Positions 8,879 through 18,418 of a stretch of 64,000 nucleotides of DNA are shown here, piece by piece. The notes under the pieces were generated by a model. That model saw only the letters and a program-made list of their open reading frames with translations, was not told the origin of the DNA and did no database searches. Within the stretch, counting starts at the first letter, position 1; every line of letters starts with the position of its first letter. The stretch is taken from positions 128,001 to 192,000 of the forward strand of contig CAVOKF010000008.1 of NCBI GenBank assembly GCA_963696385.1. Direction: 5' to 3'. Source of the stretch: an uncultured delta proteobacterium (lineage in GTDB: Bacteria; Myxococcota_A; Polyangia; Polyangiales; Polyangiaceae). Both the position numbers and the translations under genes were made by a program.

Positions 8879-11387
8879 GTGCGACTCGCCGACGTCATCG
8901 ACCGCTGGGTCGGCAAAGTCGAGATCGTCCTGGCCGGCGCCGATGACGACCTTCGAGACGGCGAAGAAGCCCTCACCGCGGGCGACGCCATGCGTGCCCG
9001 CGCCGCGGCCCATCGGGTACTGCGCCGCGCACCCGACTCGCCGCTCGGCCTGGCTCTCCTCGCGGACGCTTGCGAGGCGGCCGGGCATCTCGACGCCGAG
9101 TTGGCCCTCACGCTCGAGCAGCTCGCACGGCGGGCGCCCTCGCGCGCGGAAGTCTGGGTGCGCCTTGCGCGGGCACGCCAGACCACGCTCATGCCCCCCG
9201 ACGATGTCCGCGATGCCTTCGCCCGGGCTCTGGCGGTGGCCGAGTCCGGCAGCGAGTCGCGACGGACCGCGCTCATCGGACTCGCCGATCTCGATCTTTC
9301 GCAAGGCGAAGGAGCGCGGGCCGACCTGTGGCTCGAGCGCACCGCCGACGACACGTCGCCCGACGTCGTCGTCCGGCGTGCCGAGGTGCGGCTGCTGCGG
9401 GGCGATGCGAAGGGCGCCCTGGATCTGCTCGACTCGGTGCACACTTCCGCGGCCGACGGGCGCGCTGCGCTGGCGCGAGGACGCGCGCAGGCGGCGCGCG
9501 ACGATCCGCGCGCGTTCACGCCGCTTCTGCGGGCCATGGTTCTGGATGAGCCCGGATCGAGCGAGGCGCTGTCGTCCGCCCTGTCACGAATTCCGAGCGA
9601 GCTTCAAACTCGAACCCACATCCGATCCGTCGTCGACGCCAAGGGGGAGCAGGACGCTGCGCGATGGCGAGCCGCATTTGCTCGAATCCGAGGGCGCCCG
9701 AGACGCGGCACGCCGAGCGCTGCGCGACGCGGTCGTCGCGGGCGACCGGGCGGCCGCCCAACCTCTTCTGGAGGCGGCAATCGAAGACCGGGACTCGAGC
9801 GCGATCGACACCGCCCTCGGCGCACTGCCCGCCCAGGCCGGCGATCCGCTGATCGCCGACGCCACCGTGGTGGCGACCGCCGTACGGCTCGAAGGCGCCC
9901 GCGCGCTCGATGCCGTCGCAGGGGTCACGCACCCTCGTCTGGCGGCGTGGGCGGTTCACATCGCGAGCGAAGTCGCCCAAAGCTGGATCCCTCGCTCCGG
10001 CGCGCCGGCGGCGTGGGCATCGCTGCTCGCGAGGCTCGACGCCCATGCGCACGCGATCGGAGATTGGGATGCCGCCGCCCGGATCGCGGAGCTCGCGGCC
10101 GAGCAATCGCGGCCGGTCCGTCTCGCGGTCGTCGGCGAGTTCAACGCGGGCAAGAGTACGTTCATCAACGCACTGATGGGCGCCGACGTCGCACCGACCG
10201 GCGTCTTGCCCACCACCGCCACGCTGCACCACTTGCGCTGGGCCCCCGATCCGTTCGCCAAGATCCTCTTCCGTCCGGGGGTTCGCCCTTCCGAGCGCAT
10301 CGTGGCGCTCGGCGACCTCCGCGCGACTCTCGGCGCCATCGATCCCCCGTCGCTCGCCCGAGTCGAGATTCGACTGCCGCTGACCGCGCTGGTTCGCGTG
10401 GAGGTTCTCGACACGCCGGGGTTCAATGCTCCGGAAGGCCGCCACGCCGACCTCGCGCGAGCCGCCTTCGAAGAGGCCGACATTCTCTTCTGGCTGCTCG
10501 ACGCGACCCAAGCTCTCAAAGAGAGCGAGCGCGCCGTGCTCGAGGAAGCCAATCGTTGTCGCTTGCCCGTGCAGATGCTCGTCAACAAGGCCGACCGCCT
10601 GGGCCCCGACGATCTCGCCCACGTCATGCGGAGTGTCACCGAGGCTCTCGCGCAAGCGCATCTGCCGTCCTGGCGGCCGCCCGTCGCTCTGTCGGCCAAG
10701 CGCGCGCTCGCTTCCAAAATCGCCGGCGCCGCGTCGCTCGACGACTCCGGCTGGCCCGCCGTCGAGCAGCTTTTGGAAAACGAGGTCGTGGCGCGAAGCG
10801 AGGAGCTCAAGGAGCGGGCGCTCAGGCGGCGGGCCTCGACCATCGTAGCGATGCTCTTATCGAAGTGGTCCGAACGCGCGGCCGCGGAAACGGCTCTCGC
10901 GCACGCCGGGGCGGCGGCGGCGCAGCGCGCGGCGCACGCCGCCGCTCGGCTCGACGCGGAGGCCGACGATCTCACAAAACGGCTGGCCGAATCGCTGGGG
11001 CCTTGCGCGAAAGCGTGGGCCAAGGACGTCGACCTCGTCGCCGTCGGCCGCGACCGGGAGTCGGTGGTGCGCGATCCGATCCTCATGCGTTACCGCGTCG
11101 ACCGAGCTCTCGCCGCCATCGCAGAGCCCCTGGCTCGCGCGTTGGCATCGCTCGAACCAGAAGCCGCCCTCGAGCCCGCTCAGATCGCTCCCGCCGCGCG
11201 CGCCATCGTGCGCGCGGCCGTCGAGGCCGCTGCGGTCGACGTCGAGGCCGTCGTTTTGGGCATCGCGCGCGCGAGCGTCGCCACCCTGTCCGACCAGTTG
11301 ATCGCAGCGGCCTCGGCCCCGGCGACCCCCGGATCGGCGGCGGGTGTCGTGCGCGAAATGCAAGCGTTCGCCGACGCCTTGGCCTGA
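8879..11387 (+). CDS. TPR-like helical repeats fused to a dynamin-family GTPase; frameshift near 9686
   Basis: N-terminal TPR-like helices (in the 7775 frame) continue in the 8694 frame to G1 GEFNAGKS, G2 PTGVLPTT, G3 DTPG and G4 NKAD, then a helical tail. Confidence 0.8.
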
Positions 11388-11410
11388 GCCTACACTGCGT
11401 GAACACTTCC

Positions 11411-11881
11411 GTGCGCGACCTCCGCTTTCTGCCCTTCGCGATCGTCGCGGTCGTCACGCCGGCGCCGAACGCCCATGCGGAGATTTTAGGCGTCGGCGGC
11501 GGCGAGCAGATCTCGCTCGAGGCCGAGCGGCTGGACATCGACATCCTCGCGGGCGAAGCCACGCTCACCGGGAAAGTCACGTTGTCGCGGGGCGATCTGA
11601 TCGTCAACTGCCCGCGCGTCGACCTCCGGTTCGATCACGCTCCGCACGTGACGTGGGCCCGCGGATCCGGGGGGGTGACGGCCGACCTTCGCGGGGTGCA
11701 CGCGGAGGCCCCGTCGGTCGAGTTCGATCTGGGCCGGCAAGTGCTCGACCTCAGCGGCGGCGTGAGGCTGACCCGCGGACAAGGATGGCTGGCGGCCGAC
11801 AGCGCCCGCATCGACATCGCGACCGCGAAAGTGTCTCTCGTTCAGGTGAAAGGTTCGATTCCGGTCGCGAAGGGTCCATGA
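11411..11881 (+). CDS. lptA: LptA/OstA-family LPS transport periplasmic protein
   Basis: Signal peptide (..NAHA), ISLEAERLDID..ATLTGKVTLSRGDLIV beta-jellyroll pattern; stop overlaps the lptB ATG. Confidence 0.75.
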   Translation: MRDLRFLPFAIVAVVTPAPNAHAEILGVGGGEQISLEAERLDIDILAGEATLTGKVTLSRGDLIVNCPRVDLRFDHAPHVTWARGSGGVTADLRGVHAEAPSVEFDLGRQVLDLSGGVRLTRGQGWLAADSARIDIATAKVSLVQVKGSIPVAKGP

Positions 11882-12642
11882 TCCGTGGGTCGCAGGCTTC
11901 GGGGGCGGGCGCGAGCCCCATGCTGCAGGCCCGCGGGCTTCGGGTCACCCGGGGCAACCGAGCGATCCTGCGCGGAGTCGATCTCGAAGCCACGGCCGGC
12001 GAAATCGTAGGGGTACTGGGTCCCTCGGGAGCGGGGAAGTCGACGTTGTTTCGCGCGCTGGTGGGCGAAAATCCCCCCGACGAGGGAACCGTGACCATCG
12101 CCGGCGAGGACATGACGTGCTGGCCCCTCTGGCGGCGAGCTCGAGCGGGAGTCGGGTACGTCCCCCAAGGGCCGAGCGTCTTATGGGATCTATCGGTCCG
12201 CCACAACCTCGACGCATTCCGGAAAATCGCGGGGCAGCCGCCCGAGGACGCCCAATTGGCCGCTCGACGGGTCGGGCTCGAACACCGGCTTCGGGTTCGC
12301 GCCGGCGAGCTGTCGGCCGGCGAACGCCGCCGTCTGGAGCTCGCACGTGCGGTGACCCGAACGCCGTGCCTGCTCGTGTGCGACGAACCTTTCGCCGGGG
12401 TCGATCCGGCGGGGGCCGAGCGCCTCGGCGACTTGCTGCGCACGCTCGCCGACGGGGGCGCCACAGTCGTGCTGGCCGATCACCACGTCGCCGAAGCGCT
12501 GCGAATTTGCGACCACGCTGTGCTGCTTCTGGACGGCGCCGTGGCGCTGGCCGCCCCCGCCGACCATTTTGCGGACAACCCACTTGTACGGGGCCATTAC
12601 CTCGGCCCCGGGTACGGATCGCGCCCTCTGGCAAGACCCTAA
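11878..12642 (+). CDS. lptB: LPS export ABC transporter ATPase LptB
   Basis: GPSGAGKST, LWRRARAGVGYVPQ, LSAGERRRLELARA, DEPFAGVDP; canonical position between lptA and rpoN. Confidence 0.88.
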   Translation: MIRGSQASGAGASPMLQARGLRVTRGNRAILRGVDLEATAGEIVGVLGPSGAGKSTLFRALVGENPPDEGTVTIAGEDMTCWPLWRRARAGVGYVPQGPSVLWDLSVRHNLDAFRKIAGQPPEDAQLAARRVGLEHRLRVRAGELSAGERRRLELARAVTRTPCLLVCDEPFAGVDPAGAERLGDLLRTLADGGATVVLADHHVAEALRICDHAVLLLDGAVALAAPADHFADNPLVRGHYLGPGYGSRPLARP

Positions 12643-12683
12643 AAATACCACCGCGAGAGGCTATTTTTAGCAAATTCAACCGA

Positions 12684-12698
12684 TGGCACGAAAATAGC
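12684..12698 (+). promoter_or_regulatory. Putative sigma54 -24/-12 element upstream of rpoN
   Basis: TGGCACGAAAATAGC: GG-N10-GC spacing, one mismatch to TGGCACG-N4-TTGC. Confidence 0.6.
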
Positions 12699-12822
12699 CG
12701 CAAAGCGGCTGCGAGGCCGGGGCGTCGGTGGTACTTACTTACGCGATAAGGGCTGCCGCAGTGCGGCGGAGACCCGGACCACGAAGTTTCCGGTCTTTTT
12801 TTCCCGGCCTTTTGGGAAAGCG

Positions 12823-14337
12823 ATGGAGATCAAGCAGCAGCTCAAACTCAGCCAGCAGCTCGTCATGACGCCGCAGCTGCAGCAGGCGATTCGCCTCCTG
12901 CAGCTCTCCCGGCTCGAGCTCATCGACGAGATCCGAAAGGAACTGGACGCGAACCCCGTCCTCGCCGACGAAGAGGTCGATCCACGCGCGCGCAACAAGG
13001 GTGAAGCCCCCAACGGCGAACCCGCGATGGAGCCGCGGGCACCGGACTCGCCGGCACTCGCGGGCGAAAAGCTCGAAGTCGCCGACCTGGCCAAGAGAAC
13101 CGAGGAAAAACGGGTTCAGGAGATCGACTGGGAGCAATTCCTGGAAAATCGCACGTTGCAGCAGCCGCTTCCCGCCAATCGGGGCGGATTCGAGGATCTG
13201 CCGCCGATCGATCAAAATCTCACGAAGACTCAGTCTCTGGTCGACCACCTCCGGTGGCAGCTGCAACTGAGCGATTTCGGCGAGGACGAAAAAAAATTCG
13301 CGGAGCTCGTCATCGGCAACCTGGACGACAATGGTTTTCTCGATTTGCGCGGAACGGATCGCGAGGGCGGCGAGAAGACGCCGGATCTGACCATCGAGGA
13401 TTTGGCGCGTGAGGTTCCGCTCGATCCCGAGGACGCCGAGTGTGTCCTGCGCGACATGCAGGAGTGGGAGCCCGTCGGCGTATGCGCGCGATCTCTCCAA
13501 GAATGCCTGCGCGTACAGGCCGAAGTATTCGGCTACGAGGATCTGGAGCTTCAGATCATCGACAAACACGTCGGCAATCTGGAAAAGCACAACTATCAGG
13601 CGATTGCGCGCGACCTGAAAATTACCGTCGAAGAGGTCTACGAGGCCGTCAAACAGATTCAGAAGCTCGAGAGCCGGCCGGCGCGAAATTTCACGGACAC
13701 CGACGACAAGACGATCGCGATCACTCCCGACGTGTACGTCATCAAGGACGACGACAAGTTCGTCGTCACCGACAACGACCGCGGCGTGCAGCGCCTCTAC
13801 ATCAACGAAGCGCTCACCAAGCAGCTTCTACGCGATCCGCAGGCCAAAGAGTTCATCGGCGAGAAGCTTCGCAACGCGCAATGGTTGATTCGAGCGATCG
13901 AGCAGCGCAGAAAGACGATCATCCGCGTCACCGAGTGCATCGTCGAAAAACAACGCGAGTTCTTCGAGCGCGGCGTCGCGTTTCTCAAGCCCATGATTTT
14001 GCGCGACGTGGCCGAAACCGTGGGAATGCACGAGTCGACGATCAGCCGCGTGACGACGAACAAGTACGTTCACACTCCGCAAGGTCTTTTCGAGCTCAAA
14101 TATTTCTTCAACTCGTCGATCCGTCGCGTTTCCGAGGACGACATCGCGAGCGAGAGCGTCAAGCAGGCCATCCGGAAGATCATCGACGAGGAGGACAAGG
14201 GCAATCCGATGTCCGACCAACAGATCGTGGAGCTTCTCGCCAAGCGAGACGGCATTCAAATCGCCCGCCGAACAGTCGCTAAATATCGAGAAATGCTAGG
14301 TATTTTGTCATCCAGCAAGCGGAAGAAGCTGTTCTAG
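12823..14337 (+). CDS. rpoN: RNA polymerase sigma-54 factor
   Basis: QQLVMTPQLQQAIRLLQL region I, HESTISR, RpoN box ARRTVAKYRE. Confidence 0.98.
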   Translation: MEIKQQLKLSQQLVMTPQLQQAIRLLQLSRLELIDEIRKELDANPVLADEEVDPRARNKGEAPNGEPAMEPRAPDSPALAGEKLEVADLAKRTEEKRVQEIDWEQFLENRTLQQPLPANRGGFEDLPPIDQNLTKTQSLVDHLRWQLQLSDFGEDEKKFAELVIGNLDDNGFLDLRGTDREGGEKTPDLTIEDLAREVPLDPEDAECVLRDMQEWEPVGVCARSLQECLRVQAEVFGYEDLELQIIDKHVGNLEKHNYQAIARDLKITVEEVYEAVKQIQKLESRPARNFTDTDDKTIAITPDVYVIKDDDKFVVTDNDRGVQRLYINEALTKQLLRDPQAKEFIGEKLRNAQWLIRAIEQRRKTIIRVTECIVEKQREFFERGVAFLKPMILRDVAETVGMHESTISRVTTNKYVHTPQGLFELKYFFNSSIRRVSEDDIASESVKQAIRKIIDEEDKGNPMSDQQIVELLAKRDGIQIARRTVAKYREMLGILSSSKRKKLF

Positions 14338-14652
14338 TGGCCCCGGGATCACGGGAGCGAATGCGTCGTCGACGGCTTGCAGCAGCGCGCCCGCGGATGG
14401 ATCCGCAGAGTCACGAAACGGGCCTAGCGGCCCCGGCCGCCGGCGCCTCTCCGTCCGGCCGCGGGCGCTGTCGGACCCTGTCCTGAAACGCCCGCGTGTG
14501 CACTCACGAAACGAATGACAAAAGCATGGCATCGCCGTGCCCACGTCGTTACCGAAATGGTACCTTCTGATGAGACGGCGGGAAGAACGCGCGTCGCTTA
14601 TCCGTAAGGAGCTTGGGAACGCGACCATCGGAAAGCATGGAGGCACGCCCTC

Positions 14653-15000
14653 ATGAACATCGCCATCACGTTTCGTCACATGGAAGCGACGGAAGCGGTC
14701 AAGGTTTATGCGACCGAGAAAGTCGGTAAAATGCAGCGATTTTTGCGCGCTCCGTTGAAGGCTCAGGTGACCGTCAGTTGCCAGCACGACCGCCTTCATC
14801 GCGCGGAGGTGGACATTCATGCAGGTCCCGAGCGTTTTCACGCGCACGAAACGACCGAGGACATGTACGCGTCGATCGACAAGGTCATCGACAAGATCGA
14901 GCGGCAAATCGTCTCGGCCAAAGGGTCGGTGAGCGCCAAGAAAAAGGGCGCGGACCGCGCTTGCCAGCATCTTCCGGCCAATCTGGCCATCGAGGACTAG
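14653..15000 (+). CDS. hpf: Ribosome hibernation promoting factor (HPF/RaiA family)
   Basis: MNIAITFRHMEATEAVK, DMYASIDKVIDKIERQI; GGAGG RBS; downstream of rpoN. Confidence 0.93.
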   Translation: MNIAITFRHMEATEAVKVYATEKVGKMQRFLRAPLKAQVTVSCQHDRLHRAEVDIHAGPERFHAHETTEDMYASIDKVIDKIERQIVSAKGSVSAKKKGADRACQHLPANLAIED

Positions 15001-15270
15001 TAGACCGCCCCAGAGCCAAGGGGTCGGCCGGGCGCTGGACTTACTTCAATTGCGGGGTGGCGATGCGGGGGTTGGGGCGAAGCCTCGACGAAACCGGGTA
15101 CACCGCCCCAGAGCCAAGGGGTCGGCCGGGGGCTGGACTTCAATCGCCGGGAGGCGATGGGGGTGGTTGGGGCGAAGCCTCAACGAAATCATCTTGATAC
15201 ACCCCTAGCCTAGCCTAGCCCGCAGCGCAGGCGTAGCTCGCGCAAGCGATACCCCGTTCAAGGGGGCGCT
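15000..15270. repeat. REP/BIME-like mosaic: two ~98-bp 'A' modules plus a degenerate 'B' module
   Basis: ACCGCCCCAGAGCCAAGGGGTCGGCCGGG..CTGGACTT..TTGGGGCGAAGCCTC repeated at ~15004 and ~15102; related copies at 50983-51176 and 56796-56845. Confidence 0.85.
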
Positions 15271-15389
15271 CGACGAAGCCCTCTGCGTGTCCTTGGAGCC
15301 GCCGCGATGGGCTTGCCGGACAGCCACCTGTCGCAATTGCCCCGGGTGAGGCCCGATCTCAATCTAGAGTCCCTCTCGAGCCTCCACAA

Positions 15390-15863
15390 ATGCGACTTAC
15401 GGACCTTCTCGCGCCCAAGCGGGTGGACATTCGTCACAACGGCACAGGCCATCCCCTCGACAAGGCCGCGGCGCTCACGGCGCTTGCCCAAATGCTCGCC
15501 ATCGGAACGGGCATCGACGCCGCTCACGCCGAACGCGTTCTTCTCGAACGCGAGCAGCTGCAGTCGACCGGAATCGGCGAGGGTGTCGCCATTCCGCACG
15601 GGGCCTTACCTCAGCTCGAGCATCAGTACGCGGCGCTCCTCATCGTCCCGGAAGGGGTCGACTTCGCGGCCATCGACGGACTGGCCGTCAACATTCTGTT
15701 TGCCGTCATCGGACCCAAGCGCGCGACCGGCGAGCACTTGAAGACGCTTGCGCGGGTCTCGCGCTTGCTTCGGAACAAAGGATTTCGCGAGCGATTGGTC
15801 GCAGCTCCCGATCCGCGATCCGCGTTCGACTTGGTCGATGCCGGGGAGGGAGAGCGCCCATGA
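15390..15863 (+). CDS. ptsN: PTS EIIA(Ntr)-like protein
   Basis: EREQLQSTGIGEGVAIPHG, GVDFAAIDG, HLKTLARVSRLL. Confidence 0.92.
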   Translation: MRLTDLLAPKRVDIRHNGTGHPLDKAAALTALAQMLAIGTGIDAAHAERVLLEREQLQSTGIGEGVAIPHGALPQLEHQYAALLIVPEGVDFAAIDGLAVNILFAVIGPKRATGEHLKTLARVSRLLRNKGFRERLVAAPDPRSAFDLVDAGEGERP

Positions 15864-15900
15864 TGCGAACACCACCGTTGGAAGGAGGGGGGTGGCACGG

Positions 15901-17031
15901 ATGATGGACGACGGGACGGGAACGCGGGACGAAACCGTCCCCGCGCTGACCACGGGTCAACTCGCGGCGGACCCTCATCTGCAGATCGATTTGACACGAC
16001 TCGCGGGCGAGCAAGGGCTGGAACGCCCATTGCGCCACCCGCGCATCCAGAAGAACGGACTTGCCCTCGCCGGCCATTACGACGGCGTCGTACCGACGCG
16101 TGTTCAGCTCCTGGGTCAGACGGAACTGTCGTACCTCGACGCGCTGAGCCAGGAGGCCAGAAGCATCGCCGCGCGCGGCTTCTTCTCCTTGGGACTTTCG
16201 TGTGTCGTCGTGTCGAGCGGACGCGAACCGGCTCGGACATTCATCTCCGCCGCGGAGGCCACCGGCACGCCGCTGTTCGCATCGAGTGCCCGATCGAGTC
16301 GCACCATCAACGCGCTTCATGCGGTGCTCGACGACCGACTGGCACCCCAAGTCCAGCTGCACGGCGTACTCGTGGACGTGTACGGCATCGGCGTGCTGCT
16401 GCTCGGCAAGAGCGGAATCGGCAAGAGCGAATGCGCGCTGGAGCTCGTCATCCGCGGCCATCAACTCGTTGCGGACGACGTGGTTCGATGCGACTGGCGA
16501 CCCCCCGGAGTGGTGTTTGGTCAACCGGCGGAGCTTTTGCGTCATCACATCGAAATCCGCGGCCTGGGAGTCCTCGATATCCGCGAACTGTTCGGCATCA
16601 CCGCCATTTGCGACCGAAACCAGATCGATCTGGTCGTCCGGCTGTGCGAGTGGGACGAGGGTGTGGAGTTCGATCGACTCGGCCTCGAGCAACACCATCA
16701 CACGATATTGGGAACCGCCATCCGCGAGCTGCGTGTGCCCGTACGGCCGGGACGCGACATGGGCAGCATCATCGAAATGGCGGCGCGCAACGAGTTGCTG
16801 CGCCGCGGCGGACGCCATACCGCGCAAGAGTTCCTCGAACGGATCGAAGGTCACCTCGTGTCGCGCCCGGCGATCGAGCACGACGCGGAGTCGAGCCCTT
16901 CGTCGACCGAAAGCGACCAAGACAACCTCCATGCGCGGTCGAGCTGGTCGCTGCTCGCGCCGAACGCGAGTGGGACGGAAAGCTCGGCGTGGATCCCCGC
17001 GACCAGGCTCGACAAGGAGGGGCGCGAATGA
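15901..17031 (+). CDS. hprK: HPr kinase/phosphorylase
   Basis: LHGVLVDVYGIGVLLLGKSGIGKSECALELV, LVADD, IEIRGLG, PVRPGR. Confidence 0.96.
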   Translation: MMDDGTGTRDETVPALTTGQLAADPHLQIDLTRLAGEQGLERPLRHPRIQKNGLALAGHYDGVVPTRVQLLGQTELSYLDALSQEARSIAARGFFSLGLSCVVVSSGREPARTFISAAEATGTPLFASSARSSRTINALHAVLDDRLAPQVQLHGVLVDVYGIGVLLLGKSGIGKSECALELVIRGHQLVADDVVRCDWRPPGVVFGQPAELLRHHIEIRGLGVLDIRELFGITAICDRNQIDLVVRLCEWDEGVEFDRLGLEQHHHTILGTAIRELRVPVRPGRDMGSIIEMAARNELLRRGGRHTAQEFLERIEGHLVSRPAIEHDAESSPSSTESDQDNLHARSSWSLLAPNASGTESSAWIPATRLDKEGRE

Positions 17032-18146
17032 TCGCGGCCCCCGCCGATCGAGCCTCCTCGACGCGAGATGCCGTCCGGCCCACGGTCGTCGTGGTCAGTG
17101 GATTGTCGGGCGCCGGCAAATCGCAGGCTCTCAACGCGCTCGAAGACCTCGGTTTTTTTTGCGTCGACAACCTCCCGACGCTTCTCGCTCCGCAGGCGGT
17201 CGCCCTTTGCGAGCGCGGCGGCATCACGCTCGTCGCGCTGGGGATCGACGTCCGCGTGCGTGCGTTCCTCGGCGAGGTCGGTAGCGTATTGAAACTGCTC
17301 GAGGCCGGGGGGCAGCGCGACATCCACGTCCTCTTCCTGGACGCGAGCGACGAGACGCTGCTGCGCCGATTCAGCGAGACGCGTCGCCCGCATCCGCTGT
17401 CGGCCGAAGGCGCCGGCGGTGCGGAAGGCGCACTCGCCGTTCTGGATGGCGTGCGAGTGGAGCGCGAACGACTCGCACCGCTTCGCGCCAGCGCGACGCG
17501 AATCGTCGACACGACCAATACGAGCGTGCACGACCTCCGACGCATCCTGGTGGCGCACTTCGGCCCCGCCTCCGGCCGCGAAGGGCGCATGGTCGCTCGC
17601 ATCGTTTCTTTCGGATTCAAATACGGCACGCCCGTCGACGCCGATCTGGTCGTCGACGTGCGTTTCTTGGACAATCCCTACTTCGTGCCGGACCTCAAAC
17701 CGTTGACCGGCCTGGACACGGCCGTCAGTCGGTACGTGCTCTCCAACCAGGAGACGCAAGAATTTCTTCGCCGCACGCGCGCGCTCCTCGAATACGTCAT
17801 GCCGAGGTACGAACGCGAGGGCAAGAGCTACCTGACCATCGCGGTCGGGTGCACGGGCGGCCGCCACCGGTCGGTCGCGATCGCCGAGGCGCTCGCCCCC
17901 GAGCTCGCGGGCGCGGTCGGCATGACGGTGGCGGTGGTTCATCGCGATCTGCATCGCGGTTACTTCTCTGGCACTCCCGTTCCCGCGTTGAACCGCGAAA
18001 CCACCGAGGACGCCTCGCAGGACGAGCGTTCGAGCCAGCTCGAGCTCAAAGGTGCGGTCTCGGCGCGACCGCCGCAACCGGCCGGGCGCGAGACGGGGAC
18101 CGCCAGCGAGCCGGCGCGACCGAAAGCGTCGGGAGGGCGCCCGTGA
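17028..18146 (+). CDS. rapZ: RNase adapter RapZ (YvcJ family)
   Basis: GLSGAGKS, FCVDNLP, RRFSETRRPHPL, SFGFKYG, GCTGGRHRSV; low-complexity C-terminal tail. Confidence 0.95.
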   Translation: MIAAPADRASSTRDAVRPTVVVVSGLSGAGKSQALNALEDLGFFCVDNLPTLLAPQAVALCERGGITLVALGIDVRVRAFLGEVGSVLKLLEAGGQRDIHVLFLDASDETLLRRFSETRRPHPLSAEGAGGAEGALAVLDGVRVERERLAPLRASATRIVDTTNTSVHDLRRILVAHFGPASGREGRMVARIVSFGFKYGTPVDADLVVDVRFLDNPYFVPDLKPLTGLDTAVSRYVLSNQETQEFLRRTRALLEYVMPRYEREGKSYLTIAVGCTGGRHRSVAIAEALAPELAGAVGMTVAVVHRDLHRGYFSGTPVPALNRETTEDASQDERSSQLELKGAVSARPPQPAGRETGTASEPARPKASGGRP

Positions 18147-18418
18147 CAGAAGCAAGCGGTCGGTTCACCATCGTCAATCAGCTCGGGCTGCACGCCCGGG
18201 CCGCGACGAAGCTCGTGCAACTCGCGTCCAAGTTCCCATGCGACGTGGAGATCGTTCGCGAGGATCAGGTCGCGAACGGCAAGAGCGTCATGGGCGTTCT
18301 GTTGCTTTGCGGATCCATCGGCACGATCGTCGACGTGCAAGCGCGCGGGGATCTGGCAGAAGAGTGTGTCAAGGCGATCGGCGAGCTCATCGCCAGTCGC
18401 TTCGGTGAGCCTCGATGA
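18143..18418 (+). CDS. ptsH: Phosphocarrier protein HPr
   Basis: GLHARAA (His15) and NGKSVMG (Ser46); GTG overlaps the rapZ stop. Confidence 0.95.
   Translation: MTEASGRFTIVNQLGLHARAATKLVQLASKFPCDVEIVREDQVANGKSVMGVLLLCGSIGTIVDVQARGDLAEECVKAIGELIASRFGEPR

Noticed and set aside
7775..11881. 1368-aa ORF as a single giant protein
   Set aside because: Chimera of an antisense shadow of the kinase, the TPR half of the dynamin gene, off-frame sequence and lptA.
14527..14540. Sigma54-like TGGCAT..TGC upstream of hpf
   Set aside because: GG-to-GC spacing is 9 nt rather than the required 10.
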